A stretch of 64,000 bases of DNA from the human T2T-CHM13v2.0 reference genome, Homo sapiens (GCF_009914755.1 NC_060935.1), one strand, 5' to 3'; shown: positions 18,790-32,285, counted from the stretch's first letter. Translations and numbers: made by a program. The notes: generated by a model not told the origin, from the letters alone.

Positions 18790-19950
18790 GCGTTAGGGCG
18801 GGGCGCGCGTGCGCAGTCACGCGCTGCGCCAACCGCCACAGCTCCGGGAAGGCGGCCAGGACCGGCTAGAGCCGGTTAGAACCAGTGGCGCCCGCCCACG
18901 AGCCAGCGCCTCACAAAGGGAGGGCGGCTCACGGCCCTCGCGTATCCCTGCGCGGCGCTCGCGAGCCGCCCCTCCCCCGGCGTTTGTCCCTGACGCAGCC
19001 CCACCGGTTGCGCAGTCCCTCCCCGCCCCCGCTCTCCCCTCCGCAGCCTGCAGCCCGAGACTTCTGTAAAGGACTGGGGCCCCGCAACTGGCCTCTCCTG
19101 CCCTCTTAAGCGCAGCGCCATTTTAGCAACGCAGAAGCCCGGCGCCGGGAAGCCTCAGCTCGCCTGAAGGCAGGTCCCCTCTGACGCCTCCGGGAGCCCA
19201 GGTTTCCCAGAGTCCTTGGGACGCAGCGACGAGTTGTGCTGCTATCTTAGCTGTCCTTATAGGCTGGCCATTCCAGGTGGTGGTATTTAGATAAAACCAC
19301 TCAAACTCTGCAGTTTGGTCTTGGGGTTTGGAGGAAAGCTTTTATTTTTCTTCCTGCTCCGGTTCAGAAGGTCTGAAGCTCATACCTAACCAGGCATAAC
19401 ACAGAATCTGCAAAACAAAAACCCCTAAAAAAGCAGACCCAGAGCAGTGTAAACACTTCTGGGTGTGTCCCTGACTGGCTGCCCAAGGTCTCTGTGTCTT
19501 CGGAGACAAAGCCATTCGCTTAGTTGGTCTACTTTAAAAGGCCACTTGAACTCGCTTTCCATGGCGATTTGCCTTGTGAGCACTTTCAGGAGAGCCTGGA
19601 AGCTGAAAAACGGTAGAAAAATTTCCGTGCGGGCCGTGGGGGGCTGGCGGCAACTGGGGGGCCGCAGATCAGAGTGGGCCACTGGCAGCCAACGGCCCCC
19701 GGGGCTCAGGCGGGGAGCAGCTCTGTGGTGTGGGATTGAGGCGTTTTCCAAGAGTGGGTTTTCACGTTTCTAAGATTTCCCAAGCAGACAGCCCGTGCTG
19801 CTCCGATTTCTCGAACAAAAAAGCAAAACGTGTGGCTGTCTTGGGAGCAAGTCGCAGGACTGCAAGCAGTTGGGGGAGAAAGTCCGCCATTTTGCCACTT
19901 CTCAACCGTCCCTGCAAGGCTGGGGCTCAGTTGCGTAATGGAAAGTAAAG
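18790..19950 (+). promoter_or_regulatory. CpG-rich upstream promoter/5' region of MALAT1
   Basis: High CpG density; GC boxes, NRF1-like GCGCGCGTGCGCA (~18803-18815), YY1 motifs CGCCATTTT at 19116 and 19885, C/EBP-type TTGCGTAAT at 19931. Confidence 0.75.
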
Positions 19951-20318
19951 CCCTGAACTATCACACTTTAATCTTCCTTCAAAAGGTGGTAAACTATACC
20001 TACTGTCCCTCAAGAGAACACAAGAAGTGCTTTAAGAGGTATTTTAAAAGTTCCGGGGGTTTTGTGAGGTGTTTGATGACCCGTTTAAAATATGATTTCC
20101 ATGTTTCTTTTGTCTAAAGTTTGCAGCTCAAATCTTTCCACACGCTAGTAATTTAAGTATTTCTGCATGTGTAGTTTGCATTCAAGTTCCATAAGCTGTT
20201 AAGAAAAATCTAGAAAAGTAAAACTAGAACCTATTTTTAACCGAAGAACTACTTTTTGCCTCCCTCACAAAGGCGGCGGAAGGTGATCGAATTCCGGTGA
20301 TGCGAGTTGTTCTCCGTC

Positions 20319-20355
20319 TATAAATACGCCTCGCCCGAGCTGTGCGGTAGGCATT
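20319..20355 (+). promoter_or_regulatory. TATA box and likely major MALAT1 transcription start
   Basis: TATAAAT at 20319-20325 with AGGCATTGAGGCAG starting 30 bp downstream (20349), at the end of a CpG-rich block. Confidence 0.8.
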
Positions 20356-21620
20356 GAGGCAGCCAGCGCAGGGGCTTCTGCTGAGGGGGCAGGCGGAGCT
20401 TGAGGAAACCGCAGATAAGTTTTTTTCTCTTTGAAAGATAGAGATTAATACAACTACTTAAAAAATATAGTCAATAGGTTACTAAGATATTGCTTAGCGT
20501 TAAGTTTTTAACGTAATTTTAATAGCTTAAGATTTTAAGAGAAAATATGAAGACTTAGAAGAGTAGCATGAGGAAGGAAAAGATAAAAGGTTTCTAAAAC
20601 ATGACGGAGGTTGAGATGAAGCTTCTTCATGGAGTAAAAAATGTATTTAAAAGAAAATTGAGAGAAAGGACTACAGAGCCCCGAATTAATACCAATAGAA
20701 GGGCAATGCTTTTAGATTAAAATGAAGGTGACTTAAACAGCTTAAAGTTTAGTTTAAAAGTTGTAGGTGATTAAAATAATTTGAAGGCGATCTTTTAAAA
20801 AGAGATTAAACCGAAGGTGATTAAAAGACCTTGAAATCCATGACGCAGGGAGAATTGCGTCATTTAAAGCCTAGTTAACGCATTTACTAAACGCAGACGA
20901 AAATGGAAAGATTAATTGGGAGTGGTAGGATGAAACAATTTGGAGAAGATAGAAGTTTGAAGTGGAAAACTGGAAGACAGAAGTACGGGAAGGCGAAGAA
21001 AAGAATAGAGAAGATAGGGAAATTAGAAGATAAAAACATACTTTTAGAAGAAAAAAGATAAATTTAAACCTGAAAAGTAGGAAGCAGAAGAAAAAAGACA
21101 AGCTAGGAAACAAAAAGCTAAGGGCAAAATGTACAAACTTAGAAGAAAATTGGAAGATAGAAACAAGATAGAAAATGAAAATATTGTCAAGAGTTTCAGA
21201 TAGAAAATGAAAAACAAGCTAAGACAAGTATTGGAGAAGTATAGAAGATAGAAAAATATAAAGCCAAAAATTGGATAAAATAGCACTGAAAAAATGAGGA
21301 AATTATTGGTAACCAATTTATTTTAAAAGCCCATCAATTTAATTTCTGGTGGTGCAGAAGTTAGAAGGTAAAGCTTGAGAAGATGAGGGTGTTTACGTAG
21401 ACCAGAACCAATTTAGAAGAATACTTGAAGCTAGAAGGGGAAGTTGGTTAAAAATCACATCAAAAAGCTACTAAAAGGACTGGTGTAATTTAAAAAAAAC
21501 TAAGGCAGAAGGCTTTTGGAAGAGTTAGAAGAATTTGGAAGGCCTTAAATATAGTAGCTTAGTTTGAAAAATGTGAAGGACTTTCGTAACGGAAGTAATT
21601 CAAGATCAAGAGTAATTACC

Positions 21621-21651
21621 AACTTAATGTTTTTGCATTGGACTTTGAGTT
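21621..21651 (+). other. MALAT1 m6A-switch hairpin (hnRNPC site)
   Basis: AACTTAATGTTTTTGCATTGGACTTTGAGTT; GGACT at 21640-21644 faces a U5 tract; A21642 is position 2577 counting from 19066, matching the described site. Confidence 0.8.
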
Positions 21652-24600
21652 AAGATTATTTTTTAAATCCTGAGGACTAGCATTAATTGACAGCTGACCC
21701 AGGTGCTACACAGAAGTGGATTCAGTGAATCTAGGAAGACAGCAGCAGACAGGATTCCAGGAACCAGTGTTTGATGAAGCTAGGACTGAGGAGCAAGCGA
21801 GCAAGCAGCAGTTCGTGGTGAAGATAGGAAAAGAGTCCAGGAGCCAGTGCGATTTGGTGAAGGAAGCTAGGAAGAAGGAAGGAGCGCTAACGATTTGGTG
21901 GTGAAGCTAGGAAAAAGGATTCCAGGAAGGAGCGAGTGCAATTTGGTGATGAAGGTAGCAGGCGGCTTGGCTTGGCAACCACACGGAGGAGGCGAGCAGG
22001 CGTTGTGCGTAGAGGATCCTAGACCAGCATGCCAGTGTGCCAAGGCCACAGGGAAAGCGAGTGGTTGGTAAAAATCCGTGAGGTCGGCAATATGTTGTTT
22101 TTCTGGAACTTACTTATGGTAACCTTTTATTTATTTTCTAATATAATGGGGGAGTTTCGTACTGAGGTGTAAAGGGATTTATATGGGGACGTAGGCCGAT
22201 TTCCGGGTGTTGTAGGTTTCTCTTTTTCAGGCTTATACTCATGAATCTTGTCTGAAGCTTTTGAGGGCAGACTGCCAAGTCCTGGAGAAATAGTAGATGG
22301 CAAGTTTGTGGGTTTTTTTTTTTTACACGAATTTGAGGAAAACCAAATGAATTTGATAGCCAAATTGAGACAATTTCAGCAAATCTGTAAGCAGTTTGTA
22401 TGTTTAGTTGGGGTAATGAAGTATTTCAGTTTTGTGAATAGATGACCTGTTTTTACTTCCTCACCCTGAATTCGTTTTGTAAATGTAGAGTTTGGATGTG
22501 TAACTGAGGCGGGGGGGAGTTTTCAGTATTTTTTTTTGTGGGGGTGGGGGCAAAATATGTTTTCAGTTCTTTTTCCCTTAGGTCTGTCTAGAATCCTAAA
22601 GGCAAATGACTCAAGGTGTAACAGAAAACAAGAAAATCCAATATCAGGATAATCAGACCACCACAGGTTTACAGTTTATAGAAACTAGAGCAGTTCTCAC
22701 GTTGAGGTCTGTGGAAGAGATGTCCATTGGAGAAATGGCTGGTAGTTACTCTTTTTTCCCCCCACCCCCTTAATCAGACTTTAAAAGTGCTTAACCCCTT
22801 AAACTTGTTATTTTTTACTTGAAGCATTTTGGGATGGTCTTAACAGGGAAGAGAGAGGGTGGGGGAGAAAATGTTTTTTTCTAAGATTTTCCACAGATGC
22901 TATAGTACTATTGACAAACTGGGTTAGAGAAGGAGTGTACCGCTGTGCTGTTGGCACGAACACCTTCAGGGACTGGAGCTGCTTTTATCCTTGGAAGAGT
23001 ATTCCCAGTTGAAGCTGAAAAGTACAGCACAGTGCAGCTTTGGTTCATATTCAGTCATCTCAGGAGAACTTCAGAAGAGCTTGAGTAGGCCAAATGTTGA
23101 AGTTAAGTTTTCCAATAATGTGACTTCTTAAAAGTTTTATTAAAGGGGAGGGGCAAATATTGGCAATTAGTTGGCAGTGGCCTGTTACGGTTGGGATTGG
23201 TGGGGTGGGTTTAGGTAATTGTTTAGTTTATGATTGCAGATAAACTCATGCCAGAGAACTTAAAGTCTTAGAATGGAAAAAGTAAAGAAATATCAACTTC
23301 CAAGTTGGCAAGTAACTCCCAATGATTTAGTTTTTTTCCCCCCAGTTTGAATTGGGAAGCTGGGGGAAGTTAAATATGAGCCACTGGGTGTACCAGTGCA
23401 TTAATTTGGGCAAGGAAAGTGTCATAATTTGATACTGTATCTGTTTTCCTTCAAAGTATAGAGCTTTTGGGGAAGGAAAGTATTGAACTGGGGGTTGGTC
23501 TGGCCTACTGGGCTGACATTAACTACAATTATGGGAAATGCAAAAGTTGTTTGGATATGGTAGTGTGTGGTTCTCTTTTGGAATTTTTTTCAGGTGATTT
23601 AATAATAATTTAAAACTACTATAGAAACTGCAGAGCAAAGGAAGTGGCTTAATGATCCTGAAGGGATTTCTTCTGATGGTAGCTTTTGTATTATCAAGTA
23701 AGATTCTATTTTCAGTTGTGTGTAAGCAAGTTTTTTTTTAGTGTAGGAGAAATACTTTTCCATTGTTTAACTGCAAAACAAGATGTTAAGGTATGCTTCA
23801 AAAATTTTGTAAATTGTTTATTTTAAACTTATCTGTTTGTAAATTGTAACTGATTAAGAATTGTGATAGTTCAGCTTGAATGTCTCTTAGAGGGTGGGCT
23901 TTTGTTGATGAGGGAGGGGAAACTTTTTTTTTTTCTATAGACTTTTTTCAGATAACATCTTCTGAGTCATAACCAGCCTGGCAGTATGATGGCCTAGATG
24001 CAGAGAAAACAGCTCCTTGGTGAATTGATAAGTAAAGGCAGAAAAGATTATATGTCATACCTCCATTGGGGAATAAGCATAACCCTGAGATTCTTACTAC
24101 TGATGAGAACATTATCTGCATATGCCAAAAAATTTTAAGCAAATGAAAGCTACCAATTTAAAGTTACGGAATCTACCATTTTAAAGTTAATTGCTTGTCA
24201 AGCTATAACCACAAAAATAATGAATTGATGAGAAATACAATGAAGAGGCAATGTCCATCTCAAAATACTGCTTTTACAAAAGCAGAATAAAAGCGAAAAG
24301 AAATGAAAATGTTACACTACATTAATCCTGGAATAAAAGAAGCCGAAATAAATGAGAGATGAGTTGGGATCAAGTGGATTGAGGAGGCTGTGCTGTGTGC
24401 CAATGTTTCGTTTGCCTCAGACAGGTATCTCTTCGTTATCAGAAGAGTTGCTTCATTTCATCTGGGAGCAGAAAACAGCAGGCAGCTGTTAACAGATAAG
24501 TTTAACTTGCATCTGCAGTATTGCATGTTAGGGATAAGTGCTTATTTTTAAGAGCTGTGGAGTTCTTAAATATCAACCATGGCACTTTCTCCTGACCCCT

Positions 24601-27327
24601 TCCCTAGGGGATTTCAGGATTGAGAAATTTTTCCATCGAGCCTTTTTAAAATTGTAGGACTTGTTCCTGTGGGCTTCAGTGATGGGATAGTACACTTCAC
24701 TCAGAGGCATTTGCATCTTTAAATAATTTCTTAAAAGCCTCTAAAGTGATCAGTGCCTTGATGCCAACTAAGGAAATTTGTTTAGCATTGAATCTCTGAA
24801 GGCTCTATGAAAGGAATAGCATGATGTGCTGTTAGAATCAGATGTTACTGCTAAAATTTACATGTTGTGATGTAAATTGTGTAGAAAACCATTAAATCAT
24901 TCAAAATAATAAACTATTTTTATTAGAGAATGTATACTTTTAGAAAGCTGTCTCCTTATTTAAATAAAATAGTGTTTGTCTGTAGTTCAGTGTTGGGGCA
25001 ATCTTGGGGGGGATTCTTCTCTAATCTTTCAGAAACTTTGTCTGCGAACACTCTTTAATGGACCAGATCAGGATTTGAGCGGAAGAACGAATGTAACTTT
25101 AAGGCAGGAAAGACAAATTTTATTCTTCATAAAGTGATGAGCATATAATAATTCCAGGCACATGGCAATAGAGGCCCTCTAAATAAGGAATAAATAACCT
25201 CTTAGACAGGTGGGAGATTATGATCAGAGTAAAAGGTAATTACACATTTTATTTCCAGAAAGTCAGGGGTCTATAAATTGACAGTGATTAGAGTAATACT
25301 TTTTCACATTTCCAAAGTTTGCATGTTAACTTTAAATGCTTACAATCTTAGAGTGGTAGGCAATGTTTTACACTATTGACCTTATATAGGGAAGGGAGGG
25401 GGTGCCTGTGGGGTTTTAAAGAATTTTCCTTTGCAGAGGCATTTCATCCTTCATGAAGCCATTCAGGATTTTGAATTGCATATGAGTGCTTGGCTCTTCC
25501 TTCTGTTCTAGTGAGTGTATGAGACCTTGCAGTGAGTTTATCAGCATACTCAAAATTTTTTTCCTGGAATTTGGAGGGATGGGAGGAGGGGGTGGGGCTT
25601 ACTTGTTGTAGCTTTTTTTTTTTTTACAGACTTCACAGAGAATGCAGTTGTCTTGACTTCAGGTTTGTCTGTTCTGTTGGCAAGTAAATGCAGTACTGTT
25701 CTGATCCCGCTGCTATTAGAATGCATTGTGAAACGACTGGAGTATGATTAAAAGTTGTGTTCCCCAATGCTTGGAGTAGTGATTGTTGAAGGAAAAAATC
25801 CAGCTGAGTGATAAAGGCTGAGTGTTGAGGAAATTTCTGCAGTTTTAAGCAGTCGTATTTGTGATTGAAGCTGAGTACATTTTGCTGGTGTATTTTTAGG
25901 TAAAATGCTTTTTGTTCATTTCTGGTGGTGGGAGGGGACTGAAGCCTTTAGTCTTTTCCAGATGCAACCTTAAAATCAGTGACAAGAAACATTCCAAACA
26001 AGCAACAGTCTTCAAGAAATTAAACTGGCAAGTGGAAATGTTTAAACAGTTCAGTGATCTTTAGTGCATTGTTTATGTGTGGGTTTCTCTCTCCCCTCCC
26101 TTGGTCTTAATTCTTACATGCAGGAACACTCAGCAGACACACGTATGCGAAGGGCCAGAGAAGCCAGACCCAGTAAGAAAAAATAGCCTATTTACTTTAA
26201 ATAAACCAAACATTCCATTTTAAATGTGGGGATTGGGAACCACTAGTTCTTTCAGATGGTATTCTTCAGACTATAGAAGGAGCTTCCAGTTGAATTCACC
26301 AGTGGACAAAATGAGGAAAACAGGTGAACAAGCTTTTTCTGTATTTACATACAAAGTCAGATCAGTTATGGGACAATAGTATTGAATAGATTTCAGCTTT
26401 ATGCTGGAGTAACTGGCATGTGAGCAAACTGTGTTGGCGTGGGGGTGGAGGGGTGAGGTGGGCGCTAAGCCTTTTTTTAAGATTTTTCAGGTACCCCTCA
26501 CTAAAGGCACCGAAGGCTTAAAGTAGGACAACCATGGAGCCTTCCTGTGGCAGGAGAGACAACAAAGCGCTATTATCCTAAGGTCAAGAGAAGTGTCAGC
26601 CTCACCTGATTTTTATTAGTAATGAGGACTTGCCTCAACTCCCTCTTTCTGGAGTGAAGCATCCGAAGGAATGCTTGAAGTACCCCTGGGCTTCTCTTAA
26701 CATTTAAGCAAGCTGTTTTTATAGCAGCTCTTAATAATAAAGCCCAAATCTCAAGCGGTGCTTGAAGGGGAGGGAAAGGGGGAAAGCGGGCAACCACTTT
26801 TCCCTAGCTTTTCCAGAAGCCTGTTAAAAGCAAGGTCTCCCCACAAGCAACTTCTCTGCCACATCGCCACCCCGTGCCTTTTGATCTAGCACAGACCCTT
26901 CACCCCTCACCTCGATGCAGCCAGTAGCTTGGATCCTTGTGGGCATGATCCATAATCGGTTTCAAGGTAACGATGGTGTCGAGGTCTTTGGTGGGTTGAA
27001 CTATGTTAGAAAAGGCCATTAATTTGCCTGCAAATTGTTAACAGAAGGGTATTAAAACCACAGCTAAGTAGCTCTATTATAATACTTATCCAGTGACTAA
27101 AACCAACTTAAACCAGTAAGTGGAGAAATAACATGTTCAAGAACTGTAATGCTGGGTGGGAACATGTAACTTGTAGACTGGAGAAGATAGGCATTTGAGT
27201 GGCTGAGAGGGCTTTTGGGTGGGAATGCAAAAATTCTCTGCTAAGACTTTTTCAGGTGAACATAACAGACTTGGCCAAGCTAGCATCTTAGCGGAAGCTG
27301 ATCTCCAATGCTCTTCAGTAGGGTCAT

Positions 27328-27420
27328 GAAGGTTTTTCTTTTCCTGAGAAAACAACACGTATTGTTTTCTCAGGTTTTGCTTTTTGGCCTTTTTCTAGCT
27401 TAAAAAAAAAAAAAGCAAAA
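27328..27420 (+). other. MALAT1 3' triple-helix stability element (ENE + genomically encoded A-rich tract)
   Basis: U-rich motif 1 TTTTTCTTTT (27333-27342), hairpin CCTGAGAAAACAA...TTGTTTTCTCAGG, U-rich motif 2 TTTTGCTTTTT (27375-27385), A-tract AAAAAAAAAAAAAGCAAAA (27402-27420). Confidence 0.97.
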
Positions 27421-27478
27421 GATGCTGGTGGTTGGCACTCCTGGTTTCCAGGACGGGGTTCAAATCCCTGCGGCGTCT
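27421..27478 (+). ncRNA. MASCRNA: mascRNA, tRNA-like small RNA (58 nt genomic, CCA added post-transcriptionally)
   Basis: Acceptor stem GATGCTG/CGGCGTC plus discriminator T, short D-arm GTG/CAC, stem TCCTGG-TTT-CCAGGA, T-arm CGGGG-TTCAAAT-CCCTG; directly abuts the A-tract. Confidence 0.96.
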
Positions 27479-27750
27479 TTGCTTTGACTACTAATCTGTC
27501 TTCAGGACTCTTTCTGTATTTCTCCTTTTCTCTGCAGGTGCTAGTTCTTGGAGTTTTGGGGAGGTGGGAGGTAACAGCACAATATCTTTGAACTATATAC
27601 ATCCTTGATGTATAATTTGTCAGGAGCTTGACTTGATTGTATATTCATATTTACACGAGAACCTAATATAACTGCCTTGTCTTTTTCAGGTAATAGCCTG
27701 CAGCTGGTGTTTTGAGAAGCCCTACTGCTGAAAACTTAACAATTTTGTGT

Positions 27751-27820
27751 AATAAAAATGGAGAAGCTCTAAATTGTTGTGGTTCTTTTGTGAATAAAAA
27801 AATCTTGATTGGGGAAAAAA
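27751..27820 (+). terminator. Canonical poly(A) signals downstream of mascRNA (minor polyadenylated MALAT1 end)
   Basis: AATAAA at 27751-27756 and 27793-27798 followed by GT-rich sequence. Confidence 0.7.
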
Positions 27821-28145
27821 GATGGGTGTTCTGTGGGCTTGTTCTGTTAAATCTGTGGTCTATAAACACAGCACCCATAATTACAGCATAATCTTCAAGT
27901 AGGGTACGGACTTTGGGGGATTGGTGCGAGGGTAGTGGGTGAGTGGCCTACTAAAAAGCCCAGTAACCCCCACAGGAAAATAGGGAACTTCTTTTTAAGT
28001 AGCCTCCTTTCCACTATTTAGTAATTGGCTGTGAGCTGGGCTGGGGGAGAAATGGGGCGGGGTGTGTGTGTCATTGGAAAGCTCTCTTTTTTGTTTTTTT
28101 GAGACAGTCTCACTTTGTCCCCCAGGCTGGAGTGTAGTGGCATGA

Positions 28146-28262
<117 letters not shown>

Positions 28263-28968
28263 TAGAGACGTGGTTTTACCATATTGGCCAGGCTGGTCTC
28301 AAACTCCTGACCTCGTGTGATCCACCCGCCTGGGCCTCTGAAAGTGCTGGGATTACAGGTGTGAGCCACCAAGCCTGGCCGATCCTTTTAAGTTTTTAAA
28401 CCAGTTAAGCTCTTTGGTTCCCCCTCAGAGTCCCAAGGTCCTGGGTCACTCAGGATCACATTTTCCTTTAATCAGTTGTCACTGGTCCCCTTTTGTCCCT
28501 TTGAACGTGCTGTGGGATTAGTAGCAGCATCTGGCTGTTGGAAGGACTGGCTGGGATCTCAGGTGAAATACCCTCCCTGGCCCTCCTTACCCTTAAGATC
28601 TCCCTGAAAAGTCAGACCTTGCTTATTGGAGTTTGAGATGCATTCTAGTAAACCCAGACCTACCAGAGAGAGGGACCCACGTCTGAAGAATCTTCCAGCC
28701 TGGGGAACCTGTGACTGGCCACACCCTTAGCCTAATGGAGGGGCCTCAGAAGCAGAACTACCTTTTTTTTTTTTTTTAATGGTATTACATTTTGCAAATG
28801 GAGAGGTAGACTCTGATTGGGCCCCTTTTGACAACGCAGCAGAGCTGAGGTTTGAATCCTAGTCAGTCAACACTTCAACCCCTATGTTGCTGTTTCTTCA
28901 ATGTCTAGAATGTTCTGATAGATGAAGCAATGGCCCGGCAGGTCAGCAGCACACCAACCCCCAACCTA

Positions 28969-29584
<616 letters not shown>

Positions 29585-29587
29585 TCA

Positions 29588-29983
<396 letters not shown>

Positions 29984-30000
29984 TCATTTCCACCCTCTGA

Positions 30001-30333
<333 letters not shown>

Positions 30334-30434
30334 TGAGCCACCGCGCCCGGCCGACTGCTCTTAATAATATAAACAAGCCCTAGGCATTCCCCATATGTAC
30401 TCCTCCAGTTGTACACAGGGACCTCAGTTTTTTC

Positions 30435-30478
<44 letters not shown>

Positions 30479-31239
30479 GAGACGGAGTCTCGCTCTGTCG
30501 CCCAGGCTGGAGTGCAGTGGGGCAATCTCGGCTCACTGCAACCTCCACCTCCCAGTTCAAGCGATTCTCCTCCCTCTGCCTTCCGAGTAGCTGAGACTAC
30601 AGGCACACGCCACAACGCCCAGCTAATTTTTGTATTTTTAGTAGAGATAGAGTTTCGCCATGTTTGCCAGGCCAGTCTGGAACTCCCGACCTCAAGCGAT
30701 CTGCCTGCCTTGGCCTCCCAAAGTGCTAAAATTACAGGTGTGAGCCACCGATCCCGGCCCACAGTTTTGGATTTCATCATCCTGATAATCCTGAGTTCAA
30801 GGGGCAGCTCCACCATTCCCCAACCCCTCCAAAACCTACCCTCTCAAGCCCCTCAGACCGAGGATCAGGGGCTGGTTGGTATGGACCTGTGTGAGATTTG
30901 GTTTGTTTTTGTTTTTGATACAGGGTCTCATTTTGTAGCTCAGGTTGGAATGCAGAGGCACAATCTAGGCTCGGCTCACTGCAACCTCTGCCTCTCAGGC
31001 TCAAGTGATCCTCCCATCTCAGCCCCGGGGTAGCTGGGATTATAGGAACACCTGCCACCACACCTGGCTAATTTTTTTTTTTTTTTGAGAAGCAGTCTTG
31101 CTCTGTCACCCAGGCTGGAGTGCAATGGTGCAATCTCGGCTCACTGCCTGCCACCTCCACCTCCTGGGTTCAAGCAATTCTTCTGCCTCAGCCTCTGGAG
31201 TAGCTGAGGCTACAGTTGTGCGCCACCACACCTGGCTAA

Positions 31240-32166
<927 letters not shown>

Positions 32167-32285
32167 TGACAAGCAAGAGTAGCCACAGTAGACCCACCTG
32201 GAAGCAACTAGAAATGACTTGGCTCTTGCTGCCATCTAGTGAACAAATTGGGCATTGCATGCGTTAGCTTTGGAATACATCGTAA

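Larger units (their letters stand above)
19042..27820 (+). ncRNA. MALAT1: MALAT1 (NEAT2) long non-coding RNA, longest annotated extent; the abundant mature form runs ~20349-27420
   Basis: Recognised 5' sequence (CGCAGCCTGCAGCCCGAGACTTCTGTAAAGGACTGGGGCCCC), ~8.8 kb Alu-free region with no long ORF, diagnostic 3' ENE/A-tract/mascRNA cassette, downstream AATAAA at 27751 and 27793. Confidence 0.97.

Noticed and set aside
20871-21316. Hydrophobic F/L/S-rich minus-strand ORFs resembling membrane proteins
   Set aside because: Reverse complement of the A/G-rich MALAT1 domain; compositional artefact
27421-27478. Annotation as a true tRNA gene
   Set aside because: Only 58 nt, 3-nt loop in place of an anticodon loop, reduced D-arm; it is mascRNA
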